Positions 20,201-26,250 of a stretch of DNA of 64,000 nt are shown here, in pieces. Source of the stretch: Akkermansia muciniphila (lineage in GTDB: Bacteria; Verrucomicrobiota; Kiritimatiellia; RFP12; JAAYNR01); assembly GCA_945870025.1 (NCBI GenBank), contig CAMBQN010000013.1, positions 5,825 through 69,824 of the forward strand, in the 5' to 3' direction. How positions within the stretch are numbered: the stretch's first letter is position 1; each line of letters begins with the position of its first letter. The notes below the pieces were generated by a model. It searched no databases. It saw only the letters and a program-made list of their open reading frames with translations, and was not told the origin of the DNA. Position numbers and translations under genes: made by a program.

Positions 20201-21141
20201 CGGAAGCCGGGACAACCTACCTCGTCGAGTTGATCAACGGGGTCGGGGTTTCCACCAACACCGATTCGATGTTGCGCCTGGAAATCTCCGTCACTGGAAA
20301 ACAGAAGACACAGAATCTTCCCTGCACCGTCCGGCTGCCGGTGGATTCTTCGCTGGCGCGACGCCGGTTTGCATTTCGCGCCGACCAGAGCGGTGACGTG
20401 ACCGTGACGATGCGGCCGATCATGCCAGCGGTCATTACCGAACGAAATACCACACGCAGGACCTTTGATAAGGTCGAAACGAGTACGATTCCGGTCGTGA
20501 TCGGCGATGTCTTCTTGTCGGCTATACGGTTCCGGGGTCGCAATGTGCTGTTGGACGGCGGCCCTAGCTCCAGCGCCAAACCTTACGGTGCATTCGACTG
20601 TATGTTGTATGCCTTGAGCGATGGAAATAGCGCCACCGTGGAGGTCAATGTGAAAAGTCCGTCCGTTGGTCTCCAGTTGGTCAACGGGGTGATTGCAAAC
20701 AATAAGACGAGCTGGGCCAAGATCAGTGGGCGCCCGGAGGGCGAGCTGGCTTATGCGGATGCGGTTGCGCAATTCAGCAAGCCGTCGGTGATTTCCGCGA
20801 TTGCGGTTTACGAGGACGGCACCGGGCCGGTGATCAACGGCGCGAGCGTCCGCGAACGCACCGCAATGCGATATGCCGTGGAAGTCAGCAACAAATCCGG
20901 GCAATGGTCGCGCATCGGAGTGGTGACCGGGAACAGGCAACTCGTCAACATCTTCCCCGGTCCGACCAACACGATCACCGGCATCCGCTACGTCTGGGCC
21001 GGTCGCCATGACGACGTGGATCTGAATCGGACGGACGGGTTTGTGCGCACGGGGCAAATCGAGGCGTATGTGGAGGATATGGGTCTGGATTTGGATGATA
21101 TTATGAAAACCGACAAGGGTGATATCCTTAAACTGGATTAA
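14242..21141 (+). CDS. Giant (~2300 aa) secreted multidomain protein with beta-propeller repeats and a C-terminal discoidin/galactose-binding-like domain
   Basis: GGAGG RBS before ATG 14242 and signal 'VPMLLGAVLLGAALLSQKAAAADV'. The central region resembles the GH42-type amidotransferase-like middle domain ('DVAVYYSP...YKVLLLVGQEMNMPPEILDAFRAFEAKGGVIL'). WD40/PQQ-like blades are present ('FSPDGKTLVTAGADGVLRVFNVLDGKL', 'FSPSGNRLFAI'). The C-terminal 'ISAIAVYEDG...RYAVEVSNKSGQWSRIG' is discoidin-like. Confidence 0.8.
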   Translation: MTTKRNTRMAKQDGDFTAYSRFTRVPMLLGAVLLGAALLSQKAAAADVTFTLVTPSEGKMVSIESGQNLWKSPFGGWSLTLWPFTIRVGDTPLFEYLSSEQKLDAKTLSGAIAPQDQVLDTLMNKSLGQDGGASSGDLFPTNSLRRASTTAFLTTGTHVIEPFGIELTLAADGTMTSSDPRVRVDAKTRRVEMVCHPVTIKMLDGIRSGKGPIQLMCGTLSLLGGMEKMFADYDKLNAAEAGTAMKDGYRRFTIYLPSSSAGHGYSVNGVKFELNADGKITLAADAKASCKDGRQIYLERPAVVAPTAVAAATPMLGVSWFGGRGDVRVSCGSATVVGKPVYAGVAFGAQQANGATNGVKDSGTVAISSGNASEVRLGDLAVRLPAVDAQRPHRHLIWNVAGATCWAVEAPPLEAKPGAEWSCRISVLTGKPPALPAALRVTLETMAGTPAAGGNTEEWKGTAGVFTGTLPATPGFWRLRVAATDSSPLRGQTLGYALIGDKAVSAVSLFTVNNRALQRRGDAIDLLWFAHRNTGAAAAEWPVRLRGMGLDAIVARIAVPVGSGSSADASGRLVVDTSALAAGEYTAVVEADGVAGYPFRFRICQRERLSDFDIYSYSPHTTAAEFYPGSPINSYLGPSPGGPGLEPFLSAGESPFEAAMAAYATAPFGPAREMFARPGAGELALMAMASQGVHVAPTFPESHADEQRNPKHTLPENLANVRRRMTLYIQSQADYPGVGGFDFGWLSSYGGYWEYTPRLDAWQPQAAAAANAWAWKRTKEEWPKVVAKYAHLKPINKTLSDKWNKELADIPGLTEAQMRCVNATSPLMGWWDRILPNSLDEWFADVNEIRPGMTTHDHKSSPSLNGPFSWFGKSHRSSVDFSEHFISPMDCFRSPAVMAMDNRNKQKVQIAVQVHHGMLAEIVPTVLGAAGRGADGIAFSGLNAADAAGGDALPRILERFGSWFTTLDPLPDVAVYYSPSSAARVFTVLYDLARLRRPGMMVGPQDVEAGDLLKYKVLLLVGQEMNMPPEILDAFRAFEAKGGVILKDDTCAKDVPGRSIGFAYDNSRVSGGWGGAQAGGEGEHVAALSQYLGKEKLLVDAFAKTPQPVVTTPDTDILISPLAGKESIICFTIDKTEVPLEETGDRWRQQTVLPKVGELQVEKGWYVHDLLAGKAAPVESTAKGVRVPVDFRRTIGAIYLLTKREPKSLSIQAERTTPINARLTGGLVDAEGKLLADPMPFEVTLKGPDGATLFHKFASIGPEQPFDVPVPAMSAGVRPELVVRDLVLGTTATQALEPAAPAAVAIRQTQDLIGGEKKILAFLSQRKGPVTILLDEGQELFRPAAEKMAALLKKAGREVRVTTFDPAEIRPLPLRWYPLKEELEVIQSVTNDFGWAWRINKNPWAAFLKDKTGKTIKSDYSLPDAGYSESGPHLRHDADVVLFGTPANHRAVADLAPYLRRVPTENYPAPGNFFIHYVWSPFRAGYDALYMGCGDVAGAEAAVACLATLTVPVPAPMVKPEGTPVVLRSGAPTPLEDVSGAMGSSPIINAEFSPSGNRLFAITTSLGDWLFVLDPDGKLLEQRMPPNTKWFPYWFVWGRWMTPISDTLLRLNQWNGVYQYDLSRGWISKAENVPMLEDPKTRKVFRSNGDQLLAVDAQGIVLWRYEDSTQSADLTTVRTVIPRAFSGNRRVILVSAFASGPKNTIVAPSVLGLDYATGKVLWTRNGIPLNKGKAIPLEDRFLVLADDAAAHELIAESGRSGNAMAALTGSPDWVLQLPGRDALLIIENNHFSLRGPSCRAYLRPVKGGLDQDLPVPGRVITVVLAPDNQSFVLTTSTKRLLRFAADGTLIWEIDGGSGSIVRFSPDGKTLVTAGADGVLRVFNVLDGKLRRATDLNVGNAITPEKFVKQERMGDVPPEAGSVLPPLPLEPSYQKSIPRTSVSFDKNLAPPEQMRTLLKPANPVTVVGEQPGYLGTLTEAVTLPPFKAEAGTTYLVELINGVGVSTNTDSMLRLEISVTGKQKTQNLPCTVRLPVDSSLARRRFAFRADQSGDVTVTMRPIMPAVITERNTTRRTFDKVETSTIPVVIGDVFLSAIRFRGRNVLLDGGPSSSAKPYGAFDCMLYALSDGNSATVEVNVKSPSVGLQLVNGVIANNKTSWAKISGRPEGELAYADAVAQFSKPSVISAIAVYEDGTGPVINGASVRERTAMRYAVEVSNKSGQWSRIGVVTGNRQLVNIFPGPTNTITGIRYVWAGRHDDVDLNRTDGFVRTGQIEAYVEDMGLDLDDIMKTDKGDILKLD

Positions 21142-21145
21142 CACG

Positions 21146-22294
21146 ATGAACAATGGGAAACAGATCGCGCTGCAGGCTTTATCGGGTCGGGCGACGGATC
21201 GGGTGCCGGTCGCGTTGTTCAACTGGGAGTTCGACTACACCTGGAAAGTGGCGGGCGTTGAGCCTTGGAAACTCGCTGTCGGCGGGAGTGAGACCTGGCA
21301 CCAGGCGCACCGGGCTTTGCTGAATCGGCATGATGTGGACGTGCTCTTCTATACCGGAGCGATCGAAGGCCCGCTGGAACCGACCTTGCTGGAAGAAGAC
21401 GCGACGAAGTGGGTCATCAGAAATGACAACACCGGCATGGTGTTCGGGTTAACCAAAGACAGCCTTTCGTTGTACGAACTGCAGACCGGGGCGAAGGGAT
21501 GCGGCCCCGTGGGCAAGGTCGAAACCTTCGCGGATGCCGACCGGCTGATACCCACCTTCCGGACCGACCGGCTGATCCCAACCTTTGCCGGATGGGGAGA
21601 GGCCTATTTGTCAGGGCTGAGCAGGCTGATCCGCGAGGTCGGCGATCGTACGCTGATACTTCCGCACTATTCCCCGGCGTATGTCTATAGTTGCTATGCG
21701 CTGGGCTTTGAAGAGGCCATGCTGATGATGATGGAGAACCCGGCGTTGTTTACCCATGTCTGTGCCCGGATGGGCGCCGATCACCAGACCCGGATGCGGC
21801 AACTGAAGGAAGCCGGAGCAGAGGCGGTGTTCATCGCTGATGGATGGGCTTCATGCGATATCATCTCGCCGGAACTGTTCGAACGCTTTGCCTTGCCGTG
21901 TCAGATGTCGATTGTGGCCGCAGCCCAAGCGGCTGGCCTTAAGACGATCCTCTGGAACGAGGGGGATATTCTGCCGATAATGAAACAGCAAGCCACGGTT
22001 CCCGTGGATGCCTTTGCTTTCGAACAGCCGCGGAAAGGCATAGACCTCACGGTTCAGAAAGTCCGGCAAGTCTTTGGTCCCAGCCGCTGTCTTTTTGGGA
22101 ATCTCGACTCCGAACTGCTCCTGATGCGGAATCATCCGGATGAGATCAAACGGGAAGTCGAGTGTCAAATCCGGCAGTCCGGCAAGGGATCGCCGTTTAT
22201 TCTCTGCACCGGAAGCCCGCTGCCTTCCAATATCGAGCCTGAGGCGTACGATCGGGTCATCGAGGTCGCGCATGCGTTTCAGTGGACCCGGTAA
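21146..22294 (+). CDS. Uroporphyrinogen decarboxylase (URO-D) family protein (MtaA/CmuA-like fold)
   Basis: N-terminal 'ALSGRATDRVPVALF' and C-terminal 'LFGNLDSELLLMRNHPDEIKREVECQI...PFILCTGSPLPSNIEPEAYDRVIE' are typical of the URO-D superfamily. ATG 21146 lies just after the giant gene stop. Confidence 0.8.
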   Translation: MNNGKQIALQALSGRATDRVPVALFNWEFDYTWKVAGVEPWKLAVGGSETWHQAHRALLNRHDVDVLFYTGAIEGPLEPTLLEEDATKWVIRNDNTGMVFGLTKDSLSLYELQTGAKGCGPVGKVETFADADRLIPTFRTDRLIPTFAGWGEAYLSGLSRLIREVGDRTLILPHYSPAYVYSCYALGFEEAMLMMMENPALFTHVCARMGADHQTRMRQLKEAGAEAVFIADGWASCDIISPELFERFALPCQMSIVAAAQAAGLKTILWNEGDILPIMKQQATVPVDAFAFEQPRKGIDLTVQKVRQVFGPSRCLFGNLDSELLLMRNHPDEIKREVECQIRQSGKGSPFILCTGSPLPSNIEPEAYDRVIEVAHAFQWTR

Positions 22295-22310
22295 GGTGTC
22301 AGCCGGGTCG

Positions 22311-22946
22311 TCACTCCCCAAGATAGGGATTGTCGTGCTTTTCGATGGCCAGCGTGGTGGTGGGGCCGTGACCGGGAATCACGAGGGTGTCCGACGGGAG
22401 GGCGGTCAGACGGCGAAGGGATCGCTGCAGGGCTTGGCTGCTGCCGCCGGGAAGGTCGGTGCGACCGACGGATCCGGCGAAGAGGGTGTCGCCGCTGAGG
22501 AGCAGCTTGTCTTCCTTGACCCACAGGCATTGGCAGCCGGGCGTGTGGCCCGGCGTGTGGATCATTTCGGCGGTAATGCCGCCCGCCGCGAGGGGCGGGG
22601 CGTCCGCAGGGGTCGGCACCAGGGATGACGGCCGCGCGGGGACCGAGAGGTAAGGCGGAAAACGGTTCATCGGTGAGAACGCGAAGGTAACATCGTCCGT
22701 GTGTAGATGGACGGGCGCGGGGCGCGCCGCGAGCAGGGCGTCCAGAGCCGACACGTGGTCGATATGACCGTGGGTCAGGAAATAGAGGGCGACTTCCAGC
22801 CCGTTCTTACTCAAAAAGTCGAGGATCGCCTCGGGATCGGCGCCGGGGTCGATCACCCAGGCCGCACGCGGGTCTTTCCAGAGAACGACGCAATTCACCT
22901 CAAACGAGCCGACGACAATGATTTCGGAATTCATGAGAGACAGCAT
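22311..22946 (-). CDS. MBL-fold metallo-hydrolase (glyoxalase II-like)
   Basis: 'THGHIDHV' metal motif, 'HTPGHTPG', 'GDTLFAGSVGRTD'. Confidence 0.85.
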   Translation of the reverse strand: MLSLMNSEIIVVGSFEVNCVVLWKDPRAAWVIDPGADPEAILDFLSKNGLEVALYFLTHGHIDHVSALDALLAARPAPVHLHTDDVTFAFSPMNRFPPYLSVPARPSSLVPTPADAPPLAAGGITAEMIHTPGHTPGCQCLWVKEDKLLLSGDTLFAGSVGRTDLPGGSSQALQRSLRRLTALPSDTLVIPGHGPTTTLAIEKHDNPYLGE

Positions 22947-22999
22947 ACGCTACGGCGGGGGGCGAATGCAATGCCGATCTGCCGCAGCGCCAGTAATTC

Positions 23000-23155
23000 G
23001 AGGCTCTTGCAAAACCCTGTTTTGCAAGCGGAGTGTTCAGGTGTCAGGTTTCGGGAGGTTTCGGGTGTCAGGAATAAACACACGATGTTGCGTCTTCCTG
23101 AAACCTGAACACTGAAACCCGAAACCGGCGCTTGCAGGGGGTTTGCAAGCGCCTC
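23000..23155. repeat. Complex palindromic intergenic element, copy 1
   Basis: Terminal inverted repeat gaggcTcttgcaaaacc ... ggtttgcaagcgcctc. Each end is itself a 9-bp hairpin (cttgcaaaa/ttttgcaag; gcgcttgca/tgcaagcgc). The centre is a long imperfect hairpin of ttcagg/tttcggg vs cctgaa/cccgaaa units. It abuts the proA stop codon. Confidence 0.8.
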
Positions 23156-24416
23156 AGCGGATCTGACCGGCGCCGGTGACGCGGTATTTGTAGGTGGTCA
23201 GCTCCTCAAGTCCCATGGGGCCGCGGGCGTGCAGCTTGTCGGTGCTGATCCCCATTTCGGCACCCATGCCGAATTCTCCGCCATCAGTGAAGCGGGTGGA
23301 GGCGTTGACGTAGACTGCCGCCGAATCGACCTCCTTGAGAAAACGGTCGGCGGCGCGACGGTTGGCGGTGATGATGGCGTCGGAGTGATGGGACCCGTGG
23401 CGGTTGATGTGGTCGATCGCCGCCTGCAGCGACGGGACGACACCGACCGTGAGGATCAGGTCGAGGTATTCGGCGGACCAGTCGGCCTCCGTCGCCGGGC
23501 CGAACGCCGGGATGATCGTCCGCGCGGCGGCGTCGGCGCGAATTTCGATGGCGCGGCGCACGGCCAGCTCGGCGAGCCGGGGGAGAAAGGCGGCGGCGGC
23601 CTGCTCATGCACGAGGAGCTTTTCGATGGCGTTGCAGGTTCCGGGGCGCTGACACTTGGCGTTCTCGGCGATCCGTAGCGCCATATCGAGATCGGCTGCG
23701 GCGTCGACATAGAGGTGGCAGACCCCCTTGTAATGTTTCAGGACGGGAATGCGGGCTTGCTCGACCACGGCTCGGATGAGCGATTCGCCGCCGCGGGGGA
23801 TGACCACGTCGACGCAATCTTCGAGCTGCACGAGTTCGCGCACCGCCTCGCGGTCGGTGGTGGGGATGAGCTGGACGGCGTGGTCGGGCAGGCCCGCGCG
23901 GGCGCCTCCCGCAGCCAGAGCCTCGGTGATGGCGAGGTTGGAGCGGATCGCCTCCTTGCCGCCGCGCAGGATCACGGCGTTAGATGTCTTGATGCACAGC
24001 ACCGCCGCGTCGGCAGTCACGTTGGGACGCGACTCGAAGATGATGGCCACGACGCCGAGGGGGACGCGGCGCTTCTCGATGACGATGCCGTTGGGGCGGG
24101 TGCGGCGCCAGATGCGGCGGCCGACGGGGTCGGGGAGCGCGGCGACTTCGCGGACGCCGCCGACCATGGCGTCGAACCGGGCATCGGTGAGGGTCAGGCG
24201 GTCCACCAGCGCGGCGGAGAGGCCGGCGGCGCGGCCATCGGCGACATCGGCGGCATTGGCGGCCTGGATCGCGGCGCGGCGGGTGAGGAGCTCGTCGGCC
24301 ATGGCCTGCAGAATGGCGTTCTTGCGGCGGGTCGTGAGACCGATCAGGGCGCGCGAGGCGGCGAGCGCCCGGTAGCCCATCTGGCGGATCTGATCATGAA
24401 GCACGGTATCTGACAT
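23154..24416 (-). CDS. proA: Glutamate-5-semialdehyde dehydrogenase (gamma-glutamyl phosphate reductase)
   Basis: Full-length ProA-like sequence ('VIFESRPNV', 'LRGGKEA', 'NASTRFTDGGEFG'). Start is taken at ATG 24416, preceded by AGGAGG. Confidence 0.93.
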   Translation of the reverse strand: MSDTVLHDQIRQMGYRALAASRALIGLTTRRKNAILQAMADELLTRRAAIQAANAADVADGRAAGLSAALVDRLTLTDARFDAMVGGVREVAALPDPVGRRIWRRTRPNGIVIEKRRVPLGVVAIIFESRPNVTADAAVLCIKTSNAVILRGGKEAIRSNLAITEALAAGGARAGLPDHAVQLIPTTDREAVRELVQLEDCVDVVIPRGGESLIRAVVEQARIPVLKHYKGVCHLYVDAAADLDMALRIAENAKCQRPGTCNAIEKLLVHEQAAAAFLPRLAELAVRRAIEIRADAAARTIIPAFGPATEADWSAEYLDLILTVGVVPSLQAAIDHINRHGSHHSDAIITANRRAADRFLKEVDSAAVYVNASTRFTDGGEFGMGAEMGISTDKLHARGPMGLEELTTYKYRVTGAGQIR

Positions 24417-24445
24417 GGCGGCGTCCTCCTTGACAAGCAATGGAT

Positions 24446-26107
24446 TCATTTCCCTGTTCCCTCCGGCCCCTGGCCCGAGGTGTCGAGCGCGGGTTTTCCA
24501 CGTAATAGGGGAAGGAAAAGGATGTCCAGGGCGGTTTCGCCGAGCGGCGATGTTTCATGACGAAACAGGCGCCAGAAAAACGAGGTCTTGCGAAAGCCGT
24601 CGGCATGCACGTCGTGGGTGATGAAGGGAAACAGATCCATGCTGCTGTCGCCGTTCCGTCTTTCGTAGTGCCAGACTCGCCAGAGGATCCGTCGGCGCAC
24701 ATAATCGGTAGCGGCCGTATGTTTTTGTTTGAAGTCGTAGAGAAACAAAAGAATCGCGTTATCGCGAGTATCGTCGAACGGCAATCCATCAGGCCCGGTC
24801 TGGATCTCCGTCTCAAAATCCCAGAGCGGAAAGAGACCGTCGCTCCGGGAGGTCACGCTGCCCTTCTGATCCTGTCCGGTGCGGTTGAAGGCGTAATCCG
24901 ACCAGCGGATCAGGATCTGCCGGTCCCTGCGGACGGCGTAGGTCGTCAGGTCCGTTCCGTCTTCGAGGCGGCGCGAAAGGGTTCGATCCGTGTGGCTGAA
25001 CAGCGGAAAGAACGAAAGGGTCGAGTCCTGCGCGTGGACGGCGTCCGTATCGCGCGAGGAATACGTGGCATTGCCGAACAGCAGAAAATGGGTTTCAGAA
25101 AAGGTGCCTGATTCATTCCGGCGGTGATTCCACAGCGGAAAGAGCCAGCCGCCGCGATACCTTCCGGTGTGAAACCCGGCAAGCGGGGTCAGCGGGTACC
25201 AATAGCCGTCATCCGGGTCCTTTTCCCTCGGCTTGTCCCATCCGAAAAGGGGCGTGAGAAACAACTGATCCAGGGTGTCGTAGGCGAAGAGCGGGAACAG
25301 CCAGCCCCGGCGATTTGCGCCGGTCACGGTCCGATGGTAAAGCCCCAGACCCGCAGTCACGCTCTCCCGGGCGCCCTCTCGATAATGCCAGGACAGCAGG
25401 GGAGGGATCGCCTCCCAGTCATTCGTGACGTCGTTTCGTGTGGATGTCTGGCTGGCATAGACCGGGGTGAACAAACCGTCATGGTTTCGCGTCTGCCACG
25501 AGAAGAACAGGGGCCACGGATAGCCGGAATAGGATTCGTTGGACTGGGGATATCGATAATCGCCGAACAGCAGGGCGTGCCACTCGGTTCCATCGGGAGA
25601 CGTGTGGTAGCGCAGCAGCGGCCAGAGCAGCCAGAGGTCACGGTCGGTGGCGGTGTCCCGATTGTAGAACCAGAGCGGGAAAAGCGCCTGTGTCTCACCT
25701 GCATAGCGCCAGAACAAGGGAAAGAGGACCTGGTAGTCCTGCTCCCCCGTCCGCCCCCAGAAGGCGGGGAAGATGCGGTAGTCGTGGCTGCGCGCATCGG
25801 CCTGGCAGAGCGGCCAGAGGACGTTGTATTGCGAATAGGCATGCGTGTCGCCGTAGGCCGAGAAGAACGGACGAATGGCCAGGTGCTCTTCCGTGTGTTC
25901 AAAGACAGGCCATGCCACCGAGAGCGCCGGGTCACGATAGTAGGCCAAGGGCCAGAGATTGACGCGGCGCGCATCGGCGCCGGGCACATTGATGTGATAC
26001 TCGCCCGAGTAGAACGGGGTTCCCTTCATTTCGGGCGAAGCGCAGCCGGCGAGCAGCAGGGCGATCGACAGGAAAAGGATTGTAATGAAACAGCACTGTT
26101 TATTCAT
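24446..26107 (-). CDS. Lipoprotein built from many aromatic [LF][FW]PL repeats
   Basis: Start at ATG 26107 gives 'MNKQCCFITILFLSIALLLAGC' (lipobox). There are at least 12 recurrences of LWPL/LFPLW/LFPLF/WPLF motifs spaced ~20-45 aa apart. Confidence 0.7.
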   Translation of the reverse strand: MNKQCCFITILFLSIALLLAGCASPEMKGTPFYSGEYHINVPGADARRVNLWPLAYYRDPALSVAWPVFEHTEEHLAIRPFFSAYGDTHAYSQYNVLWPLCQADARSHDYRIFPAFWGRTGEQDYQVLFPLFWRYAGETQALFPLWFYNRDTATDRDLWLLWPLLRYHTSPDGTEWHALLFGDYRYPQSNESYSGYPWPLFFSWQTRNHDGLFTPVYASQTSTRNDVTNDWEAIPPLLSWHYREGARESVTAGLGLYHRTVTGANRRGWLFPLFAYDTLDQLFLTPLFGWDKPREKDPDDGYWYPLTPLAGFHTGRYRGGWLFPLWNHRRNESGTFSETHFLLFGNATYSSRDTDAVHAQDSTLSFFPLFSHTDRTLSRRLEDGTDLTTYAVRRDRQILIRWSDYAFNRTGQDQKGSVTSRSDGLFPLWDFETEIQTGPDGLPFDDTRDNAILLFLYDFKQKHTAATDYVRRRILWRVWHYERRNGDSSMDLFPFITHDVHADGFRKTSFFWRLFRHETSPLGETALDILFLPLLRGKPALDTSGQGPEGTGK

Positions 26108-26250
26108 ATCCAGCCTCTTGACCAACGAGCACCCGTAGTAAACCATATCTCTTTGCGCTTGTCCACGCGAAGAGTACAAATCCCAGTAATTGCTGTTTCA
26201 CGGAGATGCCACTTGCAGAAGCGGACAAGAACGGTCACAATAGGCGGGCA

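Noticed and set aside
22947-23153. A possible small RNA gene or riboswitch in the 200-bp gap between the MBL hydrolase gene and proA.
   Set aside because: The gap is almost entirely occupied by the palindromic repeat element, which has a second copy at 37.4 kb. No riboswitch-like conserved core was recognised.
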